A stretch of 64,000 bases of DNA from Atractiella rhizophila (Eukaryota). Below the pieces are notes generated by a model, which was not told the DNA's origin, made no database searches, and saw only the letters and a list, made by a program, of their open reading frames with translations. Below are positions 24,563-38,312 of this stretch, piece by piece. Each line of letters starts with the position of its first letter. Position 1 is the first letter of the stretch. Position numbers and translations under genes: made by a program. The stretch is from assembly GCA_021432655.1 (NCBI GenBank), contig MU271324.1, positions 1 through 64,000 on the forward strand, written 5' to 3'.

Positions 24563-26890
24563 TCATACCTTGGGGGGTGAATATGAAGCATCAGCTTGTT
24601 CCATCTCTGCCTCGAGATCCGTCACTTGATCCGCCAAACTTTTCTTTAAGTAAGAAATATGCTTCAGAATCTTTATCCATCTAAAAGCGAGTAATTTTCG
24701 TTATCGGAGGCATTGATCATGATTTGAGTGATGGTAGACGTACCTCTCTATGAGAGGCTTTCTGTGAGGAAAGCGATTGGACCATTGCGCGAAGGCACAG
24801 AAATTAAGAATAGACCGCATCAACACCTCGACTTTGCCGCAAAACCCTTCTCTGAGGAGGGAACGTGGCAACTTCTCGTCCCTGTCTAATACGATGACAA
24901 GTAATTCGCAAATCATATCAAACTGCCGATCGCAGGCGAGACTCCACGTTTCTGCCATCTTTTGAAGAGTCTCATCTCCAGGGAAGCTATTTCGACAGCT
25001 TCCTAAAATATTAGCAGTCAGAAAAACATTCTTGGCTTCACGGCAATGACTGTAAATGGAATCGGTGAAGTTTTCGTCACAGAGGGAAGAAGTAAAGATA
25101 GGCTGCTCATAATCGCATATTCCTCCACGTGGCTGAGGAATGGGTTGGAAGTGCTGTTCTCTAAACAATCTGTATTTTCCGCACAGCTGCATAAGTTCCA
25201 GACAGATCGATTGAGCTTCTTCCAAGGTAACTGTTCGATGTTGGATTCGGCTACCTGGAGAATATTCAAGACAAGTTCCAAACATGAAACTGAACTCAGT
25301 ACGCATAGAGGACAAATGTCGTAGCAGGCACCATTGTGACATGGTGTGATGGAGGTCCGATACAATTCCAATATTTTCGCTCTCATTCTTCGGTAGTTCC
25401 TTCCTTGAGTGAAAGAAAAATGGGTCAACGTAAAGCCCTGTATCTTCATCCGTCTCGCGAACGATGGCATGTATTCGATGGTGCGTCCTACTGAAGGTTG
25501 GAGAATGCGGTTGCTGAACAGTTTAGCTCACAAGATGGGTGCTTCATCCAGATTCTCGTGCAAGATAATATCACTAACCTGTGATCTGTGTTAGCTCGCC
25601 GTAACTTGCTTGCAGGGCTGAAGGATTACATAGATACGCTTGAAAACCTGTAGTAGTGTAACCTCGTTCTCCTTCGTCCGTCGGGCCCAGAGGTTCTTGA
25701 ACGCAACCCAGGCAATCTGGAGAAGCTTCTTGGCCATTGCAGGTTGTATTCTCTGTGTGGACGACATCATGGCTAGGATCAAGTTGAGTGCGTGCTGGTC
25801 AGATCGATGTAGGAATGGGGATTCAGGTGAGATTGCCAGAGCGACGCATCGATACATGAGTAACATCCAAGCATTATATCGTGCGTTGCCCTGCGCCCGC
25901 AGATCGAGTGGTTCGTCCAGAAGCGTTTGTTTCGGAACGGATGCCAGACTCCGACCTCCAAGCACTGCCTGTGAGTAGAACCCAATTCAGCAACGAAAGT
26001 GACGCTAGCTAGCTTTACTCGCAGAATGCTGAGTCCGACCAACGCCATGCATCAAGGCGTACGATATCCACACCTAATTCACGCATTAACAATGCGTCTA
26101 TTGAAAAAGGGGACTGTACCTCAGCAAGATCTGCCATCTCTTTCAAGTTGTCTTCCTGCTTGAATGATTGATAGGACGCGTAAGATGAAGGTAATCGAAA
26201 TGTGATCCCTCTGAAAATGACAGCTGAGAATTCGAAGCCCACTGTCAGAAGATGGTCACCCAAACTGAGTTCCAGCTGATGTCGTCCTAGTCTGGAATCA
26301 AGAGATGCATCTCCTAGTTCAACAACTTCTGATAATCGTAGAAAAATTAGTTGAAGTAACTGCTCATGCACAATTTCTCTTCTCTTCCTTGTTGCTGAGA
26401 TTGCGACGCTCCTGGTGCTTGAAATCACCAACCAACCGAGTATCTTGGGGGTGCTCACCTCGAAGATAAAGGTCTTTGCCGCTGCTTCTTCTTCGAGCCT
26501 TCTGAAGGGTTGGGGTTGGTGTGGAGCTTGTGGTGAAGCGGACAATTTTACGCCTTTCAGTCCTCCGGATCTTCGAAATATCAGCGTATAAATCCTTCGA
26601 GGAGTTGTAGGTCCCTTCCGAGAGTTGATTCAAATCCCACCTAAGGTCGACGGTCAACAAATATCCTGGTGTACCGGATGAATTGGATGTCGCACGAACC
26701 GCCTACGGGCTGGATCAATATTCGGATCATCTCGTTTTCGTTTCGACTTTCGGTCCACAAGGGAGCAATGGATGTTCTGTGCAACGCAAAAGGTACAAGA
26801 GGCTGCCTCAGAGGAGGGGAGACATTCGTTTTGGCTAGATTTGCAAGCCGAACAAGGCAACTCCTCGAGATCACCTATTCGAAATTCTCT
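24563..26890 (-). CDS. Zn(II)2Cys6 fungal transcription factor (ends approximate)
   Basis: CSAC-KSSQNE-C-LPSSEAAS-CTFC-VAQNIH-C fits Cx2Cx6Cx8Cx2Cx6C and is followed by basic RKSKRKR; spliced downstream ORFs continue to ~24.5 kb. The N-terminus is unresolved. Confidence 0.78.
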
Positions 26891-27232
26891 ATCTCGAACG
26901 CAGGTTAGCCAAGAAATAGGCCATGGAAATACCTTTGTACAATCAACAGCCTGGAGCCTTAGAGTGTCTGTCCCTTCATCATTCGTTGATGTGGATGATG
27001 TGGACGGTTCTGCGTTGGTCCGCGTGCTGCTCGCTTCCGTCTTTTGTTGATGAAGCTAGTGACTTTTAGGTTCCTGAGGCTGTGACTAGTATGCAAGGAG
27101 GTGATGTTATTCTGGTGCAGCCAAGGTAGAATTGGTAAGATCTCAACTTGCATTTCAGTTTATCGATTCCTCACGGTTGGTACATTTCTTATTCTTGCAA
27201 CACTTTTCTACACTCCAACCAATGGGCAGACA

Positions 27233-29894
27233 TCAATGGTGTTTGATTTCGAATGTCTTCAAGCTTCCATCCGCTCCGGTCGAAGCGATATGAATCCCAT
27301 CGATCCACTGAACGCCTGTAACACCAGCTGGATGTACATTCTAACCCATTTTCAGTTCAGAAGGGGGAAGTCAGCCGAAGATGAGGGGCAGACCTTGATG
27401 GGAATATTCTTCATAGGTCTCTCCACGCTCCAGACGTACACGCAAGTATCCAGACTGCCGCTAGCACAGTGTGTGCCTTCAGGAGACCAGGAGATGGCTT
27501 GTACTCTAGCGGTGTGGAAAAACCCAGCGTCCTGTCTTTAACTGTGCACGGATGCAGTTCGAAAAAACCAAGTTAGTTTTTAGATTTCATTCAAAAGGAA
27601 ATGGGAGGAACGCACGCTCATTCCTGCGACATCGTAAAGCATAATCTTCCCCGTCTGCTCGCCAGCCGCGAGAAGGGAGGCGTCAGGAGAAAAGGCGAGG
27701 GAAGTTATGGGCGAGAGGTTGTTCGTCAGCTCCCCACCAAGCTGCAGGCTGGATCCATCAAACTTGTATATCCGGACTTTATTATCCTATCCATGCACCA
27801 TCCAACAAAGCATTCATGCGTCCGTTAGCATCATCCCTTGAATAACGCCTTCACTCTTCACGGAGAGAAATAAGCAGACATACCTCACCACCGACAGCAA
27901 CTAAGTTTTTCTCCTTCGCTGCGTCTATCGCGCTTCCGGAGAAAGGGAGCTTGAGACTTCCGACCTTCTTTGCTTTCTGAAAGATGAGCACTTCCGTCGC
28001 ATTGAGGAGGAACACGGTGGAAGATCCCGAGGCTTTACTCGTTAGAGATGCCTTTCGGGAGTCCTCCCGTACCTGCGCTCGTCGACCTATCCCAATATGC
28101 CTTAGTCCGTTGAATCAATCGGAGGAAGGGGACAGACGTGAACTCTTCCCCCTTGATCTCCTTCAGTGAATCGTCCATGCCTGCGCTCCATACCCCAGAT
28201 TCGGGATCTACGTCCATCGCTATCACCTGATTCGTGTGGCTCATTCCCTTCACTGGTCTACAGACCCCTCCTGCTCCCACATCCGAGAATGAGTTGATCC
28301 GACCGTCGTACGAGCCTGTGTAGAAAATCTTGGAGGGTCGAGAGTAGGAGAGGGAGGTGATGGATTTTTGAGCACCCTTTAATTCCGACAAATTAGCAAA
28401 AGCTAGAGAAAATTTAAACTGGGATCGGTGAATGAAGGGACTGATGGAGGGATTGAATGGTGGATGAAAGCGGTGAGGGAAACCCACGTAAAGGACTTGA
28501 GAGATTTGGCCAGGAGCACGCGGATCGATGAGGTTGATGTTGCCGCTGAAGGAGAGGGAAGCGATCCTCCCTTCGTTCATCCACACATTCCCAACCTGCT
28601 GGGTATTGACAGCTGGTGCACCATCCTCTTCCACGTTCCAATGTCTGCACATGGAACCGCCAAGGCATTGGTCAGATCATCTCGCTACTCGAAAACGGTT
28701 GGGAGGAGATGCTCACGCGGCCACCTTCCCGCTCTCTACATCCCAAATTTTCACCACCGCATCCGCGCCTGAGCTCACGAGCTTCTTCCCCGCCTTATCC
28801 CAGTCGATTGCAAACACAGTTCCCTTATGTGCACCGTCTCCGTCAATCAACTCTCCCTTCTTCTCTCCACTCGTCCCATCGNNNNNNNNNNNNNNNNNNN
28901 NNNNNNNNNNNNNNNNNNNNNNNNNNNNNNNNNNNNNNNNNNNNNNNNNNNNNNNNNNNNNNNNNCAGGTTACAGCTCGGAACGGTCGTTGGTGTCGGAT
29001 CGTTACTGAATTGACCACTTTAGAGTGGCCTGTGAGTTCGCCGCAGGAGGATCCTGAGTCGAAGAGAAAGGCGTGCCCGAAGCTGGTACCATAATATCCT
29101 GTTGTCAGTTTCGACAAGAATGTAAGATCAGGAAAGAGGAGTGGAACAAACCGCTCTTTCCCGTCCCCTACAGCAATGATTCGTTTTGATTCCCCATCCC
29201 AAGAGAGATCGTTGATCCGTCCCGCTATCACCTTTCTACAAATCAAACCAAATCGTATCAGGGGCTATATTTGAAGGAAAGATGGGAATTACACTTCACT
29301 CTTCAAGACCTGATCGCTACCCACAGTATCCCAGACCCGGACCTACATCCGTGAACCATCAACCTTCAATTGATCGATCCTGTACACATACAAAGGAGAG
29401 AAGGGGGACGGGAGTAGCAGATGAAAGACGTACAGTCCCAGATGCATCTCCAGAGGCACAATAGTATCCGGAAGGGGAGAATTTGGCGACTGTGACAGGT
29501 TGAGTGTGTTGAGTGTAAGCTTGCGAGGCGGACGGGTTCTGCATTAGATCGATGCATCGTCGATATTGATTGGGAGAAAGAAGGGAGGGGGACTAACAGA
29601 GATGTCGCGTATCCAGACGGTGCGGCCATTGGCGTAGCTGCGAGGGGTACTGTCATCTTTGTGCTGCCAGGGTGGAATGTCACTTACATGATCTTTTCGC
29701 CCTGTTCCAATATAAGTCGCGTCAATCAGCGAGGATACAGTTGAAGAAAAAGCGAAGCGACCTTTGGATCACTGCCTAGCTTGACGGAGATGCCTCGCGT
29801 CGTCACTGGATTGGCTGGGTATACTGACTCTGTATCACCTCCTGTCAAATATTGTACTTTGGGGATATAGCGACTTACGGGGGATGTAGGACAT
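27233..29894 (-). CDS. AIP1: WD40 actin-interacting protein AIP1/WDR1 (copy 1; contains an N gap and an apparent frameshift near 28045)
   Basis: YPANPVTTRG, AKFSPSGYYCASGDASG, DLSWDGESKRIIAVGDGKERFG, RWVFHTARV..SGSLDT. Confidence 0.93.
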
Positions 29895-30132
29895 CTTCCA
29901 CCGCTTCCTTCTAACCTGTAGCTCCTGGTTGCTACTTGACAACTTGGGCTTGCAAGCTTGCCAGTGGTTGCAGGATGACTCTTGCGCAGCAGAGAGACAA
30001 CCTCCACCTAAAAACTTGTTGGAGAACTGGGTCTGGAAGCCAGTGGAAGGTCACAGCAAAAAACTGAGTAAGGGATAGGGAGTAAGTCTCATTTTGCCGT
30101 TGGTCGATTACACTCTAACGGTGGCAACAGAA

Positions 30133-30605
30133 ATGAGCTCCCTGCGCACGTCTTCCCTTTCGCGGCGTCTCCTCGTGTCGCACACTTGTCACACTCCTTT
30201 CTCATCCACTTACCACCGCACATACTCCACAACTCACTCACAACCAAACGACTCGGAAAAAAGTACATCCCAGCAAAGTACACTAGAACAGGGAACATCT
30301 CAAGATAGCAATGCACGGCAAAGCAAATCCAAAGACACGTCCTCCAACCGATTCATCGTCTCCTACTCCGCACTCGAAAAGCAGCTTAACCCTCCGCCAG
30401 CAGTGACGAAACGGGTGCGGACCTGGCGACCGTACTTCCAAAAATTCCTGCGCTATCCAGTTGAGATCCCGGAGACAGGAGAAGTCGAATGGAAGGCTGG
30501 TATTCAAGGCAAGAACCTAGTATACCTGCCAAACATCCAAATGAAGTTGGTCCGACCCTTCATCCGCCCTGGACAGAAGTACAATCCATACGAAGTCGTT
30601 TTTCA
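30133..30605 (+). CDS. MRP20: uL23m 5' part (duplicate, cut by gap)
   Basis: Near-identical to 33215-33687. Confidence 0.7.
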
Positions 30606-30630
30606 NNNNNNNNNNNNNNNNNNNNNNNNN

Positions 30631-32976
30631 GCTCATTCCTGCGACATCGTAAAGCATAATCTTCCCCGTCTGCTCGCCAGCCGCGAGAAGGGAGGCGTCA
30701 GGAGAAAAGGCGAGGGAAGTTATGGGCGAGAGGTTGTTCGTCAGCTCCCCACCAAGCTGCAGGCTGGATCCATCAAACTTGTATATCCGGACTTTATTAT
30801 CCTATCCATGCACCATCCAACAAAGCATTCATGCGTCCGTTAGCATCATCCCTTGAATAACGCCTTCACTCTTCACGGAGAGAAATAAGCAGACATACCT
30901 CACCACCGACAGCAACTAAGTTTTTCTCCTTCGCTGCGTCTATCGCGCTTCCGGAGAAAGGGAGCTTGAGACTTCCGACCTTCTTTGCTTTCTGAAAGAT
31001 GAGCACTTCCGTCGCATTGAGGAGGAACACGGTGGAAGATCCCGAGGCTTTACTCGTTGAGAGGCCTTTCGGGAGTCCTCCCGTACCTGCGCTCGTCGAC
31101 CTATCCCAATATGCCTTAGTTCGTTGAATCAATCGGAGGAAGGGGACAGACGTGAACTCTTCCCCCTTGATCTCCTTCAGTGAATCGTCCATGCCTGCGC
31201 TCCATACCCCAGATTCGGGATCTACGTCCATCGCTATCACCTGATTCGTGTGGCTCATTCCCTTCACTGGTCTACAGACCCCTCCTGCTCCCACATCCGA
31301 GAATGAGTTGATCCGACCGTCGTACGAGCCTGTGTAGAAAGTCTTGGAGGGTCGAGAGTAGGAGAGGGAGGTGATGGATTTTTGAGCACCCTTTATTTCG
31401 ACAAATTAGCAAAAGCTAGAGAAAATTTAAACTGGGATCGGTGAATGAAGGGACTGATGGAGGGATTGAATGGTGGATGGAAGCGGTGAGGGAAACCCAC
31501 GTAAAGGACTTGAGAGATTTGGCCAGGAGCACGCGGATCGATGAGGTTGATGTTGCCGCTGAAGGAGAGGGAAGCGATCCTCCCTTCGTTCATCCACACA
31601 TTCCCAACCTGCTGGGTATTGACAGCTGGTGCACCATCCTCTTCCACATTCCAATGTCTGCACATGGAACCGCCAAGGCATTGGTCAGATCATCTCGCTA
31701 CTCGAAACGGTGGGAGGAGATGCTCACGCGGCCACCTTCCCGCTCTCTACATCCCAAATTTTCACCACCGCATCCGCGCCTGAGCTCACGAGCTTCTTCC
31801 CCGCCTTATCCCAGTCGATTGCAAACACAGTTCCCTTATGTGCACCGTCTCCGTCAATCAACTCTCCCTTCTTCTCTCCACTCGTCCCATCGTACAGAAA
31901 CACCTTGCCGTCGCTGCCCGCGCTGGCGAAGGCTTCTCCAATGGGAGAATAACGAACGTCCTGGACGAAGCGGGAGTGAGAACGAATGGTAGTGCTGTAC
32001 TTAAATGGGACGCCTGTGTAGAAGACGAGGGTGGTGTCGTCTGAACAGGTTACAGCTCGGAACGGTCGTTGGTGTCGGATCGTTACTGAATTGACCACTT
32101 TAGAGTGGCCTGTGAGTTCGCCGCAGGAAGATCCTGAGTCGAAGAGAAAGGCGTGCCCGAAGCTGGTACCATAATATCCTGTTGTCAGTTTCGACAAGAA
32201 TGTAAGATCAGGAAAGAGGAGTGGAACAAACCGCTCTTTCCCGTCCCCTACAGCAATGATTCGTTTTGATTCCCCATCCCAAGAGAGATCGTTGATCCGT
32301 CCCGCTATCACCTTTCTACAAATCAAACCAAATCGTATCAGGGCCTATATTTCAAGGAAAGATGGGAATTACACTTCACTCTTCAAGACCTGATCGCTAC
32401 CCACAGTATCCCAGACCCGGACCTACATCCGTGAATCATCAACCATCAATTGATCGATCCTGTACACACCCAAAGGAGAGAAGGAGGACGGGAAGTAGGC
32501 GATGAAAGACGTACGGTCCCAGATGCATCTCCAGAGGCACAATAGTATCCGGAAGGGGAGAATTTGGCGACTGTGACAGGTTGAGTGTGTTGAGTGTACG
32601 CTTGCGAGGCAGACGGGTTCTGCATTAGATCGATGCATCGTCGATATTAATTGGGAGAAAGAAGGGAGGGGGACTAACAGAGATGTCGCGTATCCAGACG
32701 GTGCGGCCATTGGCGTAGCTGCGAGAGGTACTGTCATCTTTGTGCTGCCAGGGTGGAATGTCACTTACATGATCTTTTCGCCCTGTTCCAATATAAGTCG
32801 TGTCAATCAGCGAGCATACAGTTGAGGAAAAAGTGAAGCGACCTTTGGATCACTGCCTAGCTTGACGGAGATGCCTCGCGTCGTCACTGGATTGGCTGGG
32901 TATACTGACTCTGTATCACCTCCTGTCAAATATTTGTACTTTGGGGATATAGCGACTTACGGGGGATGTAGGACAT
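30631..32976 (-). CDS. AIP1: AIP1/WDR1 copy 2 (lacks 3' exons at the gap)
   Basis: Same exons as copy 1, open where copy 1 is frameshifted, and fills copy 1's gap with 153 nt. Confidence 0.85.
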
Positions 32977-33214
32977 CTTCCACCGCTTCCTTCTAACCTG
33001 TAGCTCCTGGTTGCTACTTGACAACTTGGGCTTGCAAGCTTGCCAGTGGTTGCAGGATGACTCTTGCGCAGCAGAGAGGCAACGTCCACCTAAAAACTTG
33101 TTGGAGAACTGGGTCTGGAAGCCAGTGGAAGGTCACAGCAAAAAACTGAGTAAGGGATAGGGAGTAAGTCTCATTTTGCCGTTGGTCGATTACACTCTAA
33201 CGGTGGCAACAGAA

Positions 33215-35171
33215 ATGAGCTCCCTGCGCACGTCTTCCCTTTCGCGGCGTCTCCTCGTGTCGCACACTTGTCACACTCCTTTCTCATCCACTTACCACCG
33301 CACATACTCCACAACTCACTCACAACCAAACGACTCGGAACAAAGTACATCCCAGCAAAGTACACTAGAACAGGGAACATCTCAAGATAGCAATGCACGG
33401 CAAAGCAAATCCAAAGACACGTCCTCCAACCGATTCATCGTCTCCTACTCCGCACTCGAAAAGCAGCTTAACCCTCCGCCAGCAGTGACGAAACGGGTGC
33501 GGACCTGGCGACCGTACTTCCAAAAATTCCTGCGCTATCCAGTTGAGATCCCGGAGACAGGAGAAGTCGAATGGAAGGCTGGTATTCAAGGCAAGAACCT
33601 AGTATACCTGCCAAACATCCAAATGAAGTTGGTCCGACCCTTCATCCGCCCTGGACAGAAGTACAATCCATACGAAGTCGTTTTTCACGCCCCGTTGCAG
33701 TTGACGAAACCGGACATTATATCCTACCTTGAAGCCGTGTATCCTAAGCTTCATCCGACTTATATCAATACAATCAATGTGAGGAGTAAGGTGTCGGATA
33801 GGATGAGGAGGGGGCAATCGAAGAAGGAGCTTAAGTCTCAGAGGATGAGGAAGGCGTATAAGAAGGTCATTCTGGGGTTGAGGAAGGGTCAGGAATGGTG
33901 GTGGCCAGATGAACCGACTCAGAAGTTCTTGGATGATGAGTTCATGGTGGGCCCGATGAGGCAGAGGGAGAAGGAGAGTAGAGACGGTGCAGGTATGTTT
34001 TTTCTTGCTTTCTTCTTCTCTTCATACTATTACTTTCTATTACGTCCATTCATCCACTTAAAAGAAAGAGGAGTTAACCAATGATCACAGGTCTAAAGTC
34101 CTTCCACGGCATAAACACCGATCCCGATACCAGCGCACGAAGACCAGTCAACCCAATCACGCAGCCGTTACAGATGGGATACCCAACTCACGACCTCCAT
34201 CCCAAGCGCAGACCTTGGTGGCAGCTGTACACATATGGTCGTGGGCCGCGCGTCATCGGTACGCCCTTCCTCTTTCCTTTCCCTTACTCTCTCGCTGAGC
34301 AGTGTTTCCTTCGGGATGTGGAATAGATCCAACACATCACTATGTTGAGGAGTTGAAGGAGTCGATGGAAGAAGAGCGCAAAGAGATCCTCAAACGCGCA
34401 AGCGAAATCTACACCTCCATCCGTGGTGCCCCACTGTTCGCACCTCCCAAAACAGGCACTGCGATCCCCTTGTCCGCATCAGAAGGAATAAGCCAAAAGT
34501 CCCTCGTCGCCCCATCCTCTGCGTCTGTTCCCGCGCCAGGGAAGAAAGAGGGTGATGAAGAGGTGCAAAGTTGGTGGCAGCGGATGAGGACGAGATTGGG
34601 AGCTTCGAAAGAGGCCGAGAAGCCTAAGGAGGCTACGTCCCTTCCTCCGGCTGCTCTTGCAGCTTCAGATGCCGAGAAGGAACAAGAACCAGTGCGCGTT
34701 GCGGCCGTTCCGGATTCTCCTCCTGCGAACGCCACTAAAGGGGAACTGAAAGCGTGGAAAGCGGCCAAGCGGGTGGAAGAGATCCGTCAAGCTCAAGTGG
34801 CGCAGAAGAAGGCAGAAGAGGCGTTTGAATCGCTGCCTACCGAAGAGAGGTTCCGGAAACTCTATAAGGAGGATGAGAATAAGGCGTGGGACGCCATTGT
34901 GGTCCATGTGGCGAGGGAGAGGGAGAGGGAGGCTAGGGAGAAAGCGGCATCGGTGGATCCGCAGACTGCCTGGGATGTGGAGGAGGAGGAGAACCCGTTT
35001 GAACCGTTGAGGAGCAAGTGGGTGGGACAGTGGAGCGAGTTGATGAGAGAGACAAGAGAGTTGGGGGATAAGGTTCCAGAGAGGAGGTGGGGGGATGCGG
35101 ATGTCGCCAGGTTGGAGAAGGAGGAAGAGCTGAATGGCAAGCAATCTGAAAGACGGAATAGCGTGGAGTGA
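33215..35171 (+). CDS. MRP20: Mitochondrial ribosomal protein uL23m with long C-terminal extension
   Basis: Arg/Ser-rich presequence, then 'VYLPNIQMKLVRP..YNPYEVVFHAPLQLTKPDIISYLEAVY..YINTIN..YKKVILGL..WWWP'; introns ~33993-34090 and ~34259-34326. Divergent from AIP1 across ~240 bp. Confidence 0.85.
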
Positions 35172-35451
35172 GGCTATGCTTGGGTCTGCAGAAGAGTAAA
35201 AAGTAGTTATGCTTAATTCTATAATGCTCTCAACCTATCACACCGAATGCTCTGTTGGGAGTAGATTCACGGCTTGCATGGTACATGTAGATGAACTGAC
35301 AGGTATTGAGCCGATGCTTACACTTCAGGCAAACGGCAACGAATAAAAGATGCGCACAAAATTCTACTGCAAGCAACGGAGAACTGACACAGTGGGTTCA
35401 GCTGTCACTCTGAGGATTCTGTCTCGCTCCAAACGAGTAGGAGAGGTCTCC

Positions 35452-37181
35452 TCACCATCCAACACCGGTGACTGCGTTCCGTCGAAGCAGACGTGGATGA
35501 GTTGTGGATATCGAAAAAGATGTAGACGTAGATGTGGATGTTGATATTGATGCGGATGTCGAAGCAGATGGGGGTGTTGACGTCATCCACGTTGAAGCAG
35601 CTGTGGACATGGATGTGGATGTGGATGTGGGTACTGAAATCGTTGTAGAGCCTGAGGTTGATGTGGAAGGAGGAAGGGATGCGATGTGAGGGAGCGTGCC
35701 AGGGATACCTGTGGGAAGATGCGGAAGCGGAATGGAAGACAGCACTTGGGAATTAGAGACCTGAAACCCTGCAGCCTGCAAAGCGTCTGTGATGGATGCC
35801 GGATCCACACCGGGGGGAAGGTTCTGGATTAACATGAGCGAATCATCATAACAGCACACTAAGGGTTCCTCACCTGCAGAAGGCTCAAATTTCCAGAGGG
35901 ATCCATGGAGAAACAGAGAATATCCTGAAGGTGCAAAACCGGTCTTGCCTTTTTTGCAGCAATCGAAGCTTCTATTCCTCTCTCCTTGAAAAGAGTGGTC
36001 ATTTCCCCGTCGAGCTCCAACGGACCATGGAAAGTTTTCAGCCGATCTAATCCTCTGAGAGCTTCCAGCAACGATTTTGGATAGGCACCATCCACCCCAT
36101 CTGCCGAAAAGCTGAGCTTCAACTCAGTCAATTCATTGGGCAAACTTTTGAAGAATATATCTCTGGAGCTTTCCACCAGGTCAGCTGCCGGGGGTCTATT
36201 CCTCCAAAGCGCGTTCGGGTCGCCTTTCTCGATCCAGAGAGCGGGTTGGAACATGTCCATGGAAAGCGATTCCAAAGCGGTCGACATTTTGGCACCAAGG
36301 ATTTTGAGCCAACATATCACACCGAAGAAATAAAGGGATACTGATTTAGGCTCGTACAATGGGCCAGAGTGCAAGTTCATCTTCTTCACGGTATCGAGGT
36401 TCTCGCCCCCTCCATTCGAGATGTTGAAGAACCACACAAAGTCTCCATCGAAACCGACATTCAGCTCCTCGATGCATTTCAGACGGTCGAAGACTGACAA
36501 ACAGTGGGCAAGGATATTCTCATTCGGAAATCGAGGAAACAGAGTAAGCTTCCTCAATCCGCAACTTGATGCTAGACTCGAAGAAGTAAGGTTGTAAATC
36601 GGCCGCAAGGGAAATGAGAACTGCTCAGTTAAGCGAAGGTTGACAATCTCCAGTTCTCGAAGGTTTTGGATCTTGCTAAGGGTTTCAAAGTTGAAGAGTT
36701 TGAGTTCGGAATCTTCGATGGGGTCTATGGGGTTGGGTATAATTAGCCGGAATGCTTGAGAAGGGGCATACTTCTGCAAAGCCTGAATAATTGGTTCGAG
36801 GACTTCGAGGTTATTAACGTAGTCGTCTGGGGTATGACAGACCGTAATCTCTTTCAAACCAGCCCGGAACATCTTGAGTAGAGTCTTGACGGTCCTCACA
36901 TCCTGCTGTGGGCGATCGAGACCGAAAAAGTCAAACTTGACGGAACGGACGAGGGCGACATTTGGGTGGTCAAACCCTCCCTCCAACACTTTGTTCACGT
37001 TACATTGATCGATGATGAGGTGGTGGAAGAGGATGCGGCGAGCGCAGACAAGCCACTGAGGTGAGACGAGGCAGAAAGATTTGAAGTCCCGGATGGCTGC
37101 CGCACGAGGAAAGGGGTTGTCTCTCGCATAGAATGATAGGATACTGTCGACTATCTCTGTGGGGAATACGGTGGGCATCAT
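35452..37181 (-). CDS. F-box-like/LRR-like protein, apparently spliced onto a Ser/Thr-rich tail
   Basis: N-terminal 'FPTEIVDSILSF..FCLVSPQW..ARRILF' F-box-like motif and LxxLxL repeats. A GTGAGG..CCAG intron (~35873-35824) joins 'NLSLLQ' to 'NLPPGVDP..'. Confidence 0.65.
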
Positions 37182-38312
37182 GTTGACAGATACGCTCTTG
37201 CGTCCAGGTAATGCGGACGTTTACTTCTAAAAAAAGGATCACAATGTCACTCAACCACCTAGAGAATAGAAGTGCTTCAGTTCCCTTCGCCTTCAATAAA
37301 TAATTCTAGCAAACAGCTCCAAACAATGCGAAGTTGGAGACATTGGAAAGGAAGAGGGCACACTCCTTGACATCCCTCATGCACGGCGCGTGAATTAATG
37401 TGCATTCTCGCGGTTGAGAGCAAATGTAGGTACATGTTTTTCCAATGTATCCAATAGGCCACAAAAGGACCAAGGGCAACCCATTGATGGAGAAACATTG
37501 GAGCCCACCTTATTCCAGGGTTCTCTTTTCTGTGCGCCAAAGCAGTTCGGCTCAAGTGCCACAGTGACTATCTCGTGACGGCCGACTAGATCGACTCGTT
37601 TCGTTTCTTCTTTCTTCTGTTGTGGCTGTTGCAGGGCTACTCGATGATGAAGCATGATGACTCTCACAAGCTGAATGAGCGCATTAATGAGCGCTAATGA
37701 GCGCTTGATATTACTGAGCTTCAAGTTAAATTGTTTCATTGTCGCTTTCACGGAGGCGTAGTGGTCAAACCAAGTCTGTAAATAAACTTTCTTTGCTCTT
37801 CGGGCTGTGAGTCACATGGAGAGTTTACCATCCATCCATTGCAACCCTTAGACCTCTTCCGGGGGCGGCACCATCGCGTGGTCTTCGCACGTTCCCGCTC
37901 TGATCCCCTCTATTCCCTTTCAACCTCTTGTTGTTGCCCGGCCCTCCTCTTGGTTCTCTATTTCTAGATAGATCAAGTCTCTCAGTTGTTGTCTCTTGTT
38001 TAGATTTCTCATAACAGACTTCCGCATGTATTGCAGAGAGTAGTTCTAGCCAATCCAAAGGAATCTACATAGAGTTTTGCCGAAAAGCAACAAGGAGAAG
38101 ACCCCTACGTGTTCCACCATCCATGCCTAATTTCTGGCTGACTTGTTAGAGGAGCTGCTTGTTAGACCTTGTTCCTACCGGAACGAGTCTAACGATTCTC
38201 GACATTTGCTCACGATAAAATTGACTGAGGCAATCCATTTCATAAAACGTCAACATTTCGAATACACTTTGACAGCTTTCATCGAATTTCATCATCGGCC
38301 AGTATCCCATGG

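Larger units (their letters stand above)
27616..33687. repeat. Gap-separated tandem duplicate (27616-30605 / 30631-33687), probably an uncollapsed overlap or haplotype
   Basis: The junction is exactly the N run 30606-30630; copy 1 also has a gap at 28882-28965 and small indels. Confidence 0.85.

Noticed and set aside
30094..30843. 249-aa chimeric ORF spanning the gap
   Set aside because: It reads through Ns into antisense AIP1; artefact.
27616..33687. Tandem duplication of AIP1 plus the uL23m 5' end as a real event
   Set aside because: The junction coincides with an N gap, copy 1 has another gap plus indels or a frameshift typical of low-quality consensus, and merging the copies yields one intact AIP1 and one intact uL23m. 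Most likely an uncollapsed overlap or haplotype.
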